Virus record (IMG/VR): IMGVR_UViG_3300038393_003162
Coordinates: 148,407-212,406 of that record
Length of the DNA stretch: 64,000 nucleotides
Reading direction: 5' to 3' (one strand)
DNA from: a virus
Taxonomy: Duplodnaviria > Heunggongvirae > Uroviricota > Caudoviricetes
Positions within the stretch are counted from its first letter, which is position 1. The number at the start of each line of letters is the position of its first letter. Below are positions 1 through 10,439 of this stretch, piece after piece. The position numbers were made by a program, and so were the translations under genes. Below the pieces are notes generated by a model, which was given only the letters and a program-made list of their open reading frames with translations, was not told the origin of the DNA and did not search any database.

Positions 1-13
1 CAGGATATAGCAA

Positions 14-60
14 GTGCAATCAAAAAGAGCAAGTTTTCGACTTACTCTTTTTGATTGCAC
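14..60. repeat. 16-bp perfect inverted repeat (GTGCAATCAAAAAGAG / CTCTTTTTGATTGCAC) with a 15-nt spacer; hairpin or terminator-like element downstream of the minus-strand gene ending at 84
   Basis: Direct reading of both arms; sits just past the stop of ORF 84..560 (-). Confidence 0.6.
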
Positions 61-83
61 TAGTGAAATTAGATGGTTAAAAA

Positions 84-560
84 TCAGAGGCTCTGCATAC
101 AAACTGTCACAGCCGCAATATAGGCGCGACTATAAACGTTACAAAGTGGGTTCAGTGGTGGCGAACAGGTGACCCCATATTGCTGCATGGTGACGTTCTT
201 GTAAACCGGAAGTCCGGTGTAGCTCACGAGAGCCGAATTCGATCCAGGAGCCTGACTCCAGGTCAAGACCACCTTGCCAGTCCCCAAGTTCAGCGTCCCG
301 GCGGTGGCTTTAGCTGTAGGCGTGCCAATATCATCAAACGAGAATGACCCATCAACATCAACCTCGAAGGTCTGGATGGCGACATTGCCGTCGAAGATGG
401 TCCCGGTCAGCGTACCGGCTACGATCGGCGTATTGGTCAAGGTGTAGGTTGTTGTGGTGGTGCTGCCAAGGTCAACACCCGTGTTCTGATTAGTGACTGT
501 TTTCGACTTAAGACAACGGAAAAATGCCATAGCAGATCCTCCATAAACGAAATTTCCCAT
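84..560 (-). CDS. Thr/Gly-rich hypothetical protein (158 aa), possibly structural
   Basis: Intact ORF; T-rich runs (TTTTTYTLTNT) typical of virion surface or fibre-like proteins; no recognised catalytic motif. Confidence 0.45.
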   Translation of the reverse strand: MGNFVYGGSAMAFFRCLKSKTVTNQNTGVDLGSTTTTTYTLTNTPIVAGTLTGTIFDGNVAIQTFEVDVDGSFSFDDIGTPTAKATAGTLNLGTGKVVLTWSQAPGSNSALVSYTGLPVYKNVTMQQYGVTCSPPLNPLCNVYSRAYIAAVTVCMQSL

Positions 561-599
561 GATTATTTATCGACGTTATCGCATTTTTTCAAAATTACC

Positions 600-1463
600 T
601 TATTCACCTTCCTTGATCAGTAGTTTGATATCCTCACAACAGAGATCAAAATTCTTTTCAAAAATCTTTTTTCGCTTCTTATCTTTTGTACAAACCTCTT
701 CGACGGTAGCCGCGCCAGCATGGAGTACAAAACTTCTCGCCGAAATCGCCTGCTTGAACCCATGGCAATGCATTCGACACGCGAATTCCAAATCTTCGTA
801 CCATCCCAATGGATATTCCTTGATTGGACCAAGTCGAGCAAATAACTCACGATGAGCCAACACACAAACAAAAGGCAAAAACATGTCTTGATCAAGAATC
901 TGTTCGATATTATCCGGCAAAATTACCTCATTTTTGACATGATCCCCTCGCTTGCCTTCGACTCGCTTATCACCCAGTGGCGCATTGCTATATCTGGCAC
1001 TCACCATCTTGACATTCTGGTCCCTGAAATCCTGGTAGACCTTCCCGAGTTCGGCAAGCCAAAACCCATTGTCGAACTCCACGTCAGAATTCAAGATGAC
1101 CACCCAAGGACTCTTGGTGGCACCGATGCCGGAATTGATTGCTGCCCCGAAACCGCGCTGCTCCTCATGCCTGATGCAGATAACACTCGGAATTTCTCTT
1201 TTGCTGATCCGGTCCATGAAGTCTTTATTGGGTGAACCATCATCTACCAGGCAAAGATTATAGTAAATGCCCTGCGTCGTATCCCACAATGATTGAATCA
1301 GACGACTCAACCTCTCATACTGCCCATGGAAAGGTACGATCAAGTCCACTTCGGACAAGATCGTCTTATTGGTCAGGGGTGTCCACTTCTCTACCTTGTT
1401 CTCGCGATTCGCCTTGAGCAGGAGCGTCTGCTGCTGTGGTGTGACTTGTGTGATTCTCGGCAT
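600..1463 (-). CDS. glycosyltransferase family 2-like
   Basis: CLVDDGSPNKDF motif (GT2 DDGS); 287 aa ORF. Confidence 0.55.
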   Translation of the reverse strand: MPRITQVTPQQQTLLLKANRENKVEKWTPLTNKTILSEVDLIVPFHGQYERLSRLIQSLWDTTQGIYYNLCLVDDGSPNKDFMDRISKREIPSVICIRHEEQRGFGAAINSGIGATKSPWVVILNSDVEFDNGFWLAELGKVYQDFRDQNVKMVSARYSNAPLGDKRVEGKRGDHVKNEVILPDNIEQILDQDMFLPFVCVLAHRELFARLGPIKEYPLGWYEDLEFACRMHCHGFKQAISARSFVLHAGAATVEEVCTKDKKRKKIFEKNFDLCCEDIKLLIKEGE

Positions 1464-1980
1464 AAACCATTTCTTTCAATGTTTGAGGAGTGATATCTCC
1501 ATGACCAAATAAATGATAAGAAGTACGAGGGTGAGACAGAGAAGATGCCTGTAATAAGACATCCGGCTTTGTCCCCATTTCAATCAACCAGAAATGACAT
1601 CCGGCATTCAAGGTAGAATCTAAATTCAGAGCTCGCGACACGCGGCGATGCCTTGAATTTGACCCGCGATCCGTAAAATAAAGCACATGCTTATTGGCAT
1701 TTTCATCATCAATTCCGAGAACCTTGATCGTCTGTACCAACGATTTTTCGGGATCAATTCGCCGGTCTTCTTGGTACTTGGCAATATCGACAATACTCTC
1801 ACTCAGCCAGCGATTTAGTTCAAGGATTTCGGGACGATAGATGTAAACCTTATTTTCGGTTTCAGCATCCAATCCTTGGACAAAGCTTATGATAATTTTT
1901 TTGAGATGTTCAAGTGTGAAAAAATCGCCGATATCGAATACGAACCCTAGGAGGCTTGGTGTATAGAAAAGGTTTTCCAA
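1366..1980 (-). CDS. hypothetical protein
   Basis: 204 aa ORF overlapping both neighbours at its ends; no motif recognised. Confidence 0.35.
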   Translation of the reverse strand: MENLFYTPSLLGFVFDIGDFFTLEHLKKIIISFVQGLDAETENKVYIYRPEILELNRWLSESIVDIAKYQEDRRIDPEKSLVQTIKVLGIDDENANKHVLYFTDRGSNSRHRRVSRALNLDSTLNAGCHFWLIEMGTKPDVLLQASSLSHPRTSYHLFGHGDITPQTLKEMVYAENHTSHTTAADAPAQGESREQGREVDTPDQ

Positions 1981-2822
1981 TTTCTCTGTCTCTTTCTCCG
2001 CTCACGATAATAATCTCGGAGCGGGTGGTTATAGGTTTTGAGGGGGTGAATAATGCTCGCATCGGGGAATTCAGGGTCGCCATTCGACCCGATCTCCGGT
2101 CTGAATCGCATCGGATAACGCTCGGCATCGCCCGACCAACCGATCTGATCGTTGAAATGAGCAAATTGCTCCACCTTACCTCCCAGATGGACCGCCAATG
2201 TAGGATAAATGATCTCCCCGATATCGTAAGCGCCCTGCTCGTCAAAACCGGGCACGGACTCTTGGAACGGATTGGTCAGATGAAGGAATCTCGTAAAGAA
2301 ATCAATTTCCCGTAGCGATTCCATGAATTTGCGATGGAAAAAGACGCAGCATCCCAGCAAAATGCGAGTTTCTTTCAAAGGACCAACGATCTTCTCCACC
2401 AATGGCAAATCATAGTTAGACCAACGATGGTCATTGCCGATCATCCAGACCCCACGGTGGGCAGCCTCCTCAAGGTCTTCCTTGAAATCTGCCGAGGCAA
2501 TGAGGCAGTCGTACTCGATATAGCAATACCAATCTGCCTTCCACGTTTCTCCCAACGTCTTCAAGCCCAAGGTCAAGTTCCTGTAGGGACTTTTGGACCG
2601 CCCGTGGTAAAACCCTTCGACTTGATATGTCGGCAACATATCAACGAACGGATCGGTCCTGGCAAGCACTTCCGCCTTGCCTCGAATCGACTTGGATTTC
2701 CAATGCGCTGCCCCATCAGTCAAAACCAAGATATTATTGGTCATATACATCTTGATCGAATCGATGGTATCCATGACCACTTGGGAATTGCCATGTACAT
2801 TGAGTAGAGTCGCTATTTCCAT
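1947..2822 (-). CDS. hypothetical protein (291 aa), possibly a glycan-modifying enzyme
   Basis: Long intact ORF inside the glycosylation cluster. Confidence 0.45.
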   Translation of the reverse strand: MEIATLLNVHGNSQVVMDTIDSIKMYMTNNILVLTDGAAHWKSKSIRGKAEVLARTDPFVDMLPTYQVEGFYHGRSKSPYRNLTLGLKTLGETWKADWYCYIEYDCLIASADFKEDLEEAAHRGVWMIGNDHRWSNYDLPLVEKIVGPLKETRILLGCCVFFHRKFMESLREIDFFTRFLHLTNPFQESVPGFDEQGAYDIGEIIYPTLAVHLGGKVEQFAHFNDQIGWSGDAERYPMRFRPEIGSNGDPEFPDASIIHPLKTYNHPLRDYYRERRKRQRNWKTFSIHQAS

Positions 2823-2829
2823 AATATAA

Positions 2830-3732
2830 TTGAGTAATCATTTCCCCAATAACTCAATTATATTCATGCCAGAGATAAGCAATGCCCAGATTGATAAGCT
2901 CATTAATTCCTTAAATGAGATACGTAATTTCTTAGAGTCGATCAAGACCAAAGAAGTTGCTAGGCAGGGGATCGCACTATCCGCCAACAAGTACAAGAAG
3001 TTGATCTACAGATCAGTCTGGCCCAAAGCCGTTCCTGATTACCATCTCGTCATCGATTCCGACCAGGAAAGGTCCCAACGTGCCTCAAGGATGCTTGACC
3101 AATTAGTTGACCTTCCTCTCAAAGATAAGAATGTCCTGGTTTTCCATTGCGGTCCCGGAGACCTTGCTTACGCTGCCTCCAAGATTACCAATGCGGTGGG
3201 TTATAACCCCCAATCGCTGGGATGGTCGAGATTCCCAGCAAATCACAACCTCAAATTCACCACGGATTTTGATGAAGCTACATCATTAAGTCCCTATGAT
3301 GTAATCATCCACGATTCACTCGAATACAGCCAGTCTCCGATAGATCGATTGGTCATGGCATCACATCTACTTAGCGACAAAGGAAGGATTTATCTCAGGT
3401 GTCACCCATGGTCTTCTCGCCACGGCATGGACAATCTAAGGGTTTTTAACAAAGCCTTCGCCCATCTTTACTTGACCGACCTAGAGCTAAAGGAGATGGG
3501 CATAACTTCGCTGCCAACGCAACGAGTCATCAACCCGGAAACCTATCGCGAATGGATCACCGCAGCCGGGTTGATGATCCGCCGCGCGAGAAACATAACC
3601 CAATCGGTCGAAAACGTCTTCAGAGGTTCTATCATGTCGCCAGTCCTCAAAGATCTATACACTACAACAGAATTTCCTGAAGATATGCTCAAGATTTGTT
3701 ACATTGACTATATTTTGGAAACGCCTCAATGA
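2830..3732 (+). CDS. SAM-dependent methyltransferase-like protein (paralog family M)
   Basis: Shares the C-terminal YLRCHPWSSRHG motif with three other MTase paralogs; GPGD in place of a canonical motif I. Confidence 0.5.
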   Translation: MSNHFPNNSIIFMPEISNAQIDKLINSLNEIRNFLESIKTKEVARQGIALSANKYKKLIYRSVWPKAVPDYHLVIDSDQERSQRASRMLDQLVDLPLKDKNVLVFHCGPGDLAYAASKITNAVGYNPQSLGWSRFPANHNLKFTTDFDEATSLSPYDVIIHDSLEYSQSPIDRLVMASHLLSDKGRIYLRCHPWSSRHGMDNLRVFNKAFAHLYLTDLELKEMGITSLPTQRVINPETYREWITAAGLMIRRARNITQSVENVFRGSIMSPVLKDLYTTTEFPEDMLKICYIDYILETPQ

Positions 3733-4622
3733 TCTTCGAAGAAATGGCTCCTAAACGGATTCAGGAATTACTTGCATCTTGCGTAGCCCAGCATGATCAG
3801 GTCGTTCGCCTGATCGTGGAGACCAAACCAATGTTCCGCCCTGATCGCTTGCGATGGCTCTTGGACAGCACGCAATGGGCGTACGCTGTCAACCCCAACC
3901 TGATTGTCAACCTTTCATCTAAGTCCGAACAAATATCGCGTGCCAATTCGATACTCGACTATTTCAATTTGTCCCATTCAATCCTGGAAGGTAAGAAGTT
4001 TCTCGATTTCGGCTGCGGACAGGGGTACGTGCCGCGACAAACGAGCGAACGCGGAGCCATTGCTTTCGGCTATGATATCAACCACCAATGGCGAGATACT
4101 GAAACCTATTTGACTGATCAATGGAATAAAATCCTAGACAATGCCCCTTACGATTTCGTGATGATTTACGATGTCCTAGACCATTTGCAGGATGATCACC
4201 CCATAGACTGTCTTCATAAAATAAAGACAATTTTAGCTCCGGAAGGTGTTGTTTACCTGAGATGTCATCCCTGGTGCTCCCGTACAGGCAATCATTCATA
4301 CAATAACAAAAACAAGGCATACATTCATTACTTTTTCACCGATGAAGAACTCGAAGAAATGGGAGCTTCCGGCATCTACACACACAAGATCGTCCATCCC
4401 TTGACCACTTATAATGACTGGCTCCTCAAAGCGGGGTTTCACAAGATCAAGGAAGAGGTCAAGAGAGATTGGTTAGAGCCATTCTGGCAGGAAGACCCTT
4501 TGCTCTATCAAATGATTTGTTCTCACTGGAAATCTTCATATGAAGAAACCCTAGCAAACGGAACCAAATTTCCTCAATACCAAATGGAAATCTCCTTTGC
4601 TGATTATATCCTACGAGCGTGA
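3729..4622 (+). CDS. class I SAM-dependent methyltransferase (paralog family M)
   Basis: Motif I LDFGCGQGYV; conserved YLRCHPWCSRTGNHSY; ATGA overlap with the upstream gene. Confidence 0.65.
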   Translation: MIFEEMAPKRIQELLASCVAQHDQVVRLIVETKPMFRPDRLRWLLDSTQWAYAVNPNLIVNLSSKSEQISRANSILDYFNLSHSILEGKKFLDFGCGQGYVPRQTSERGAIAFGYDINHQWRDTETYLTDQWNKILDNAPYDFVMIYDVLDHLQDDHPIDCLHKIKTILAPEGVVYLRCHPWCSRTGNHSYNNKNKAYIHYFFTDEELEEMGASGIYTHKIVHPLTTYNDWLLKAGFHKIKEEVKRDWLEPFWQEDPLLYQMICSHWKSSYEETLANGTKFPQYQMEISFADYILRA

Positions 4623-4623
4623 G

Positions 4624-5517
4624 TTAAAGCATCTTCCTGGCATCCAAGACGGCACAGACCGACTTGGCATTACACCCTTGAGAGATTCGCTTGTAGGCTC
4701 GCAGGAGCTTGGGATCGATCTCCCTACCAGCACAATGCGGCTTCCGGTGTTTGTAAAAGGCATGGTGGGCGACCATCGCCTTACCGCAGATGACGTTCGG
4801 TCGCGACAACTCCCTCGCCTTGATACAACACATCCAAAGCTCTTCATCAATATGGTCGATAATCCCTCCAAACTCAGCGAAATCGCTTCCTTTCCACGCA
4901 ATGCAATTGATCGCCACCCGCTGGTAATGTGAGAGTTCCCATGACTCAAATTTATATTTCTCCAAATCCTGATTACACCAATCATGGATAAATGTCCTAT
5001 GGACATATTCGGCATAATTTACGTCACTCCAGACTTTATTGGCAAATTCGGGCGGGATTCGCTCGTATTGTCCGTCAATCTTGAAGTCTTGCGCCCCATA
5101 TTTCTGGTGGATGTAGGCGCAATACCCGTTCATCACCGTGTTCGCCATAACGAACAAAGGCGTCGGGTGACCAAGGCGGAATCTGACCAGGTTTTCTACG
5201 GCATCGGGAGCAACCCAACAAATGTCATCGTCGAACTTTACATAGACAGTCTCAGGGTCGATCGCCGTCTTGAAGAACGGTGCCTGCGGTCGAGAGCCAG
5301 GCTTCAAAGGAATCTCGGGATAGACCAATCGAATGAAATCCGGATTCTTTGCTTGCATTGACCGAATACAATCAATGTCTACCTGATGCGGTGTATTGAC
5401 CCATATCATCCAAGAATCGATTGGTCCCTTGTTTGCAAGGACATAAGGTTCGAGGACTTCAAGGTTGGCTTGCCTTCCAGCCGGGGTGATCGCAACAACT
5501 TTGTAATTCTCAATCAT
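4624..5517 (-). CDS. putative glycosyltransferase (DxD)
   Basis: 297 aa ORF with VKFDDDICW DxD-like motif. Confidence 0.4.
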   Translation of the reverse strand: MIENYKVVAITPAGRQANLEVLEPYVLANKGPIDSWMIWVNTPHQVDIDCIRSMQAKNPDFIRLVYPEIPLKPGSRPQAPFFKTAIDPETVYVKFDDDICWVAPDAVENLVRFRLGHPTPLFVMANTVMNGYCAYIHQKYGAQDFKIDGQYERIPPEFANKVWSDVNYAEYVHRTFIHDWCNQDLEKYKFESWELSHYQRVAINCIAWKGSDFAEFGGIIDHIDEELWMCCIKARELSRPNVICGKAMVAHHAFYKHRKPHCAGREIDPKLLRAYKRISQGCNAKSVCAVLDARKML

Positions 5518-6044
5518 ACTAGGTCCACATTGATTTTTAAATTCAAATTGACTTTACCGATCCATTCTCTATAGCCAACACAGTCGTACTCCCTGTAGCT
5601 ATCCCCTTCCACGGCAAGATATCGTACCTTCTTGTATTGCTCAAAAGGAGTATGTTTATACATCTTCTCGAACATCATCCGGTGAGCGTCCTCGCTCTTG
5701 ACCTGAACCCGATACCTTTGTAAGATATTGAAGTAATGATCGAACAATACAACAAGACACGCTTCGGGCTTCTGTGAATAAAGTTCCTGCCCGAGACTGT
5801 CCTCGGTGGTCCAATTATCGAGAACAAACTTTCCTTCACATCCTTGAATAATTCGTTGCCAGTTCTTTCGGTGAGAAAAGCCCGGCAGGCGACTCTTCCG
5901 GTAGTCGTACTGTGCATCGAAGGAATAGTATCGATAACCGTAATCTTTCTTGAGCAGATTAGCCAATTCCGTCTTCCCAACACACGACATTCCCATAAAA
6001 ACCAATTGATTATCCAATGGTTTTAGCAGGTGAAATTGACTCAT
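5514..6044 (-). CDS. P-loop NTPase / small-molecule kinase-like protein
   Basis: Walker A GMSCVGKTE; start moved to the internal Met that forms a TGATGA overlap with the upstream stop at 6044-6046 (the ORF track extends it to 6113). Confidence 0.5.
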   Translation of the reverse strand: MSQFHLLKPLDNQLVFMGMSCVGKTELANLLKKDYGYRYYSFDAQYDYRKSRLPGFSHRKNWQRIIQGCEGKFVLDNWTTEDSLGQELYSQKPEACLVVLFDHYFNILQRYRVQVKSEDAHRMMFEKMYKHTPFEQYKKVRYLAVEGDSYREYDCVGYREWIGKVNLNLKINVDLV

Positions 6045-6931
6045 CAGAGGAAAGCCCTGGTTGGGTGATAGTGTCGAACCCATTTGGATATCTCGTGCGC
6101 TCTGTGGGTCCATGTATGATTTGCAGCAACTTTTCGAGCATTGTTTCCCATAACCATTAACTCATCTGCATGGTTCTTGTAATAATCGATAATTTCCATA
6201 AGTTCGTCAAAGTCATGGTAAAATAAGACAGATTCCTTGTGCTTGTAACCTAAGTCTTCGAGTTCGGGCTGGTAATCACGAATTACAACCGATCCCAACG
6301 CCGAGCATTCGAACTGCTTTGCCATCGGTTCATTCATGGTCTCATCATTGGTCGCGACTCCTGAATAACCGGACACCACTGAAGCGAATTCCCCGAAGGG
6401 GCAAGCGATGGGACCGATGACGCCCTGCAGTTTCTTCGCCATCTTATATCGGGATTCGTAGAAATAGAATTGATTGCCGGTTTCCTGTTCGGCGATCGGG
6501 CAGGCGAAATAACCCATGGTCCCCCGAGATTGATTAGGGACCGTCAGAAATTCGGCGTTCGTTCCTTTTGGAACCCAAACGGCTGGAAGTCCTTCCTCTC
6601 TAAGGCGATATGTGGTTTCCTTGCCCGACGAGATAATAAGGTCGAAATTACAGGCACGATACAACTTGGTCCAGCATTTGTAATAGGGCGATTGAGGCAT
6701 GAAGTTGAGATAGGCGTCATGCTCCACGATGATTTTAGGTCCGCTGAGACTCTTGAGCCACTCGGCATTCTGGAAGAGCCAGCGTGCCAACACCATCAGA
6801 ACGTGTACGCCCGAAGCCGCCCGATGGTCTTCTCGGGGTTGGACATTGAATTTCAAGGAGAGTTGCCGCAGAAGATCATGGTGGTAAAACTTTGGCGTAT
6901 TGATCGTATCATTAGTCCATAAATGGGTCAT
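6044..6931 (-). CDS. glycosyltransferase group 1 (GT4-like)
   Basis: C-terminal GT1/GT4-like region (…ESVLFYHDFDELMEII…NARKV); 295 aa. Confidence 0.45.
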   Translation of the reverse strand: MTHLWTNDTINTPKFYHHDLLRQLSLKFNVQPREDHRAASGVHVLMVLARWLFQNAEWLKSLSGPKIIVEHDAYLNFMPQSPYYKCWTKLYRACNFDLIISSGKETTYRLREEGLPAVWVPKGTNAEFLTVPNQSRGTMGYFACPIAEQETGNQFYFYESRYKMAKKLQGVIGPIACPFGEFASVVSGYSGVATNDETMNEPMAKQFECSALGSVVIRDYQPELEDLGYKHKESVLFYHDFDELMEIIDYYKNHADELMVMGNNARKVAANHTWTHRAHEISKWVRHYHPTRAFL

Positions 6932-6974
6932 CGAGATTCTATCTTTTTAATTTGAAAACTACTCTCTTAAAAGA

Positions 6975-7733
6975 GTGAACAAGTCATCGAAAATCCTGAT
7001 CCTAGTAACTTATTTCGAACGTCCCAACTTGGTTCGGGGACTCCTGAGAAGTATCGCCACAGCGAACCAATACTACGAAAATTGGTCATTAGCATTCATC
7101 GACGACGGCAGCCAACAACCCGGCCAGCCGATTGTTGAACGGGTGTTGAAGGATATGAAATCGAAAATCAGGTTCTTCAACACCGAAATGAGTCCTGAAA
7201 TGAAGAGCCTCTGTAAAGGGACATTCATCGGTCTTTATATGAACCAGGCGATCGACGAATCCGATGCCGACCTAGTCATTATGATCGGCGATGACGACGA
7301 AATATGCCCTGATTACCTAGTCAATCTCAACCTGTTCTTCCACAACCATCCCGATTGTCTGAGTTGCTATTCCAATACATACGTCTTCAACCCAATGACT
7401 GAACTGGCATCTGCAACAAAGCGACTATACAGCGATAACCCCAACTGGAAAGGACACGGATGGTTTGGCAAGCCAATCAATCCGGCAAGAAAGGTAGACG
7501 GAATCCAAGTAGCCTTCAGGTCGTCGTGCTGCAAGATGTACGGGGCTCGTTTCCCTTATCCGATCGCCATTAATCACGATGCCATCTTCTTTGAAGAACT
7601 CTACAATCGTTGTGGTCCCAGCATCTATACTGGATTCATCGGCACCTGGAAGGGACGCCACGACGGACAATTGGTCAAGCGAGAAAGCTTGACCCGAGGT
7701 ATCAAAGACAAGAAACCAAAGTTATTCCTATGA
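6975..7733 (+). CDS. glycosyltransferase family 2
   Basis: FIDDGSQQPG plus GDDDE DxD; apparent GTG start. Confidence 0.6.
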   Translation: MNKSSKILILVTYFERPNLVRGLLRSIATANQYYENWSLAFIDDGSQQPGQPIVERVLKDMKSKIRFFNTEMSPEMKSLCKGTFIGLYMNQAIDESDADLVIMIGDDDEICPDYLVNLNLFFHNHPDCLSCYSNTYVFNPMTELASATKRLYSDNPNWKGHGWFGKPINPARKVDGIQVAFRSSCCKMYGARFPYPIAINHDAIFFEELYNRCGPSIYTGFIGTWKGRHDGQLVKRESLTRGIKDKKPKLFL

Positions 7734-8488
7734 ATGTTTTCCTACTATCAGCAATCCGTAGTGGCTCGACCTATCTCATCAACATGCTAGGAGATACAGG
7801 TCTTTTCCATTATCCCGAAGCTCATTCTGGTCACAAGTCCCTGGTCCCTCAACGGAAGATCCGCGAATTCCTTGCGCCGAATCACCATGTCGACCCTTGG
7901 TGGCTTAATGGCAGAGAAACCCCGGCGAATCGTCAAGAATCCATCAGTTACCTTCGACACAAAGTCAGCTTCATGACCGAACAGCCATGCCTCTTCAAGA
8001 TACTCATGGAGCAGTACCAATACTATCTACTCGACCATAACGACCGTTCACTCATGGAATCTCTCTTTCCAGATCTCAAATACATCTGGCTCGAACGTTC
8101 CGATATCATCGCTAGGACAGTCTCTGCATACATTTTCTTCCGTTCCAAGATCGACCACATCTATGACCAAAAATCTTACGATGCGTACATGGATGAAGCC
8201 GTCCATCTCGACAAGGAAGGATTACTTGATGTCTACAAAAACCATGTCAAACGATGTGATTGGGCAAAATATCTAAATGGCGTCAATTATCTCAAGGTCG
8301 ATTACGATGACCTGGTAGCCCGTCCCCAGGAGACATTGAAGGAGTGTCTGGATTATCTAGGTTTAGCGTATAACCATATAGACCTGCAAGCAATCGTTGA
8401 TCGACATCCGAAATTCAAGACCGAAAGACCGGAAAGTGCCGCTTGGAAAGACACGCTTCGCGCGTTGCTTAGGAGACAAACTCTTTGA
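7730..8488 (+). CDS. sulfotransferase-family protein
   Basis: N-terminal LLSAIRSGSTYLINML (PAPS-binding 5'-PSB-like loop); start placed at the ATG overlapping the upstream TGA (ATGA); the ORF track starts it at 7610. Confidence 0.5.
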   Translation: MNVFLLSAIRSGSTYLINMLGDTGLFHYPEAHSGHKSLVPQRKIREFLAPNHHVDPWWLNGRETPANRQESISYLRHKVSFMTEQPCLFKILMEQYQYYLLDHNDRSLMESLFPDLKYIWLERSDIIARTVSAYIFFRSKIDHIYDQKSYDAYMDEAVHLDKEGLLDVYKNHVKRCDWAKYLNGVNYLKVDYDDLVARPQETLKECLDYLGLAYNHIDLQAIVDRHPKFKTERPESAAWKDTLRALLRRQTL

Positions 8489-9153
8489 TTACAATATTGA
8501 CCGTCAATTACAATTCGGAAGATTTTCTGAAAGTCTTGTTCAAATCCATTGACCCAATTACACCGATTGTAGTGGTCGAAAACTCCCACACACCAAAGAA
8601 GTACCCACGCGCCAGCACCATCGTCAATCAGGGCGAGAAAACGCATGGCGAGGGGCTAAATCTGGGGCTGAAGGCGGTCGAGACCGAACACGTCTTGATC
8701 CTGGACGTTGATTGTCATATCATTTCAAGTCAGTGGATAAAGCTGTTCTCTAAAGCCCTGGAAGGATACGATGTGATCACGGTCGCCGGACCACCTCAGA
8801 AACCCATCCGCCCAGCGTGCGTCTTCATGAAAACCGCTGATGCCAAGAAATTTGACTGGCGAGCAACCCCCGGATATAAGGGACACAGGGTGACCCCAGA
8901 GGGCTTCGATGTCGGCATTCAGGCATATCGCCAAATGAGAATTGATGGTTTTAAGATCAAGTACATGACTACCATCAAGCCGAGCCGATACGGCACATTG
9001 AATGGCGAAGAATATTCCATCGACGATGTCGCCTTGATCTATCACCATTGGCATGGGTCTCATCTGGTCGAACGGTCCAGCGATTATCCCGATGTTGATT
9101 TATTGGCTGATAAAAAAAAATTACTGAGGCAGAGAACTCAATTGATGCTATGA
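8485..9153 (+). CDS. glycosyltransferase family 2
   Basis: MITILTVNYNSEDFLKVL N-terminus typical of GT2; LDVDCHI DxD. Confidence 0.6.
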   Translation: MITILTVNYNSEDFLKVLFKSIDPITPIVVVENSHTPKKYPRASTIVNQGEKTHGEGLNLGLKAVETEHVLILDVDCHIISSQWIKLFSKALEGYDVITVAGPPQKPIRPACVFMKTADAKKFDWRATPGYKGHRVTPEGFDVGIQAYRQMRIDGFKIKYMTTIKPSRYGTLNGEEYSIDDVALIYHHWHGSHLVERSSDYPDVDLLADKKKLLRQRTQLML

Positions 9154-9200
9154 TTAATCGAAAATATTACTCCCAACTCAATCCGACCCAGCCCAAATCC

Positions 9201-10088
9201 TCAAAGCATAAGGGGAACAAATGCTGTTCGCTCGTTTTCCGGCAGCGAAAGATGAGCATCAAGCTGGTCTCGGACTCGTTTGACAAAACACTGGCTCAGC
9301 TTCAGGCATGCCGCGATGTGCCTAGCTCGCCCGAAACCGATGCCCCACTTTGAGCAGTAATAAATGTAGTTGTTCAAGCAGAGAATTTCAACATCCCTCT
9401 GGGTGAGTTGCTTCAATGTCGAGACCTTCTCGTGGTAAAGATGTAGCTCCAATACTCCTAGATTGAACATCTCCATACCCATCTCGTAACACTGCTTGTG
9501 GAAGTCGCTATCCGCATAAGCCCCATGGTCCGCATAGAACGGATCGACCCCGCCAGACCGAAGATAAGTCGCCTTGGTAAATGCCGTGTTGCCCGACATG
9601 ACGCCCTTTCCAGGACCCTCACAAGGCAACCGATACCTTGGGTCATACCACAAAACCTTCTTATGGTCATCATAATCCCGCCTCAATATGTCAGGCGTGG
9701 TTCGGTCGCGATACTCCTTGACCAAACTGGTCTCCATCGGCTTCTTGAAAGTGAAGAGGTCTTGGGAGAAGAGGAAGCGATTGTCCTCGATTCGAGACAA
9801 GACAAGTCTCAGGTAGTCCCTAGGCAAAATGCGGTCAGAATCGAGGTAGAGAATGACATCGTTCCTCGACTTGTCAACGCCGACTTCCCACATCCTCGAC
9901 CAATTGAAGGAATCCCCATGCCTAGGAACCTGATGGGTTTCCCAGCCGAGTAGGTCCGCGTTAGGTTCTCCATCCACTAGAAGGATTTTCTGACATTGGG
10001 GATAGATGTCCATATCCCCCATGCATTCGACCATCTGCTCAAATTGCGGCTTGCGATCAGGTGAATAAAACACCAAAATTGTTATCAT
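9201..10088 (-). CDS. putative glycosyltransferase (paralog family P1)
   Basis: YLDSDRILPRDYL DxD motif; paralog of 19476..20318. Confidence 0.45.
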   Translation of the reverse strand: MITILVFYSPDRKPQFEQMVECMGDMDIYPQCQKILLVDGEPNADLLGWETHQVPRHGDSFNWSRMWEVGVDKSRNDVILYLDSDRILPRDYLRLVLSRIEDNRFLFSQDLFTFKKPMETSLVKEYRDRTTPDILRRDYDDHKKVLWYDPRYRLPCEGPGKGVMSGNTAFTKATYLRSGGVDPFYADHGAYADSDFHKQCYEMGMEMFNLGVLELHLYHEKVSTLKQLTQRDVEILCLNNYIYYCSKWGIGFGRARHIAACLKLSQCFVKRVRDQLDAHLSLPENERTAFVPLML

Positions 10089-10139
10089 CTATTATGCTTC
10101 CACCCGTAAGTTTTTAAATCCTCTCGGGATAATATCCTG

Positions 10140-10439
10140 TCAATACAAGTGAGGGGGGCTGATACAGTCTTTCCAGTTCTCTTCGTACTTCGGCGCTAAA
10201 CTCCGAAATACACTTTTGCTTGGATCACTTTTTGCGTAATAATCCGCCATGCCGGGCAACGCCTCTTCAACCACGAAATGCTCCGCGATGGGCAATCCGG
10301 AATATTCCCACTGCAGTTCGTCATTGACTTTTTTCAAGTCAGCCAACGTAGGCTTCTCATCCATCACCTGAAAATAAAATACCACAGGAATAAGTCCTGT
10401 TCCCCGGTAGACGACTTTCGCCTGAATTCCATATTTCAC
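10140..10439 (-). CDS. hypothetical protein (99 aa)
   Basis: Intact ORF in an operon-like array. Confidence 0.4.
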   Translation of the reverse strand: MKYGIQAKVVYRGTGLIPVVFYFQVMDEKPTLADLKKVNDELQWEYSGLPIAEHFVVEEALPGMADYYAKSDPSKSVFRSLAPKYEENWKDCISPPHLY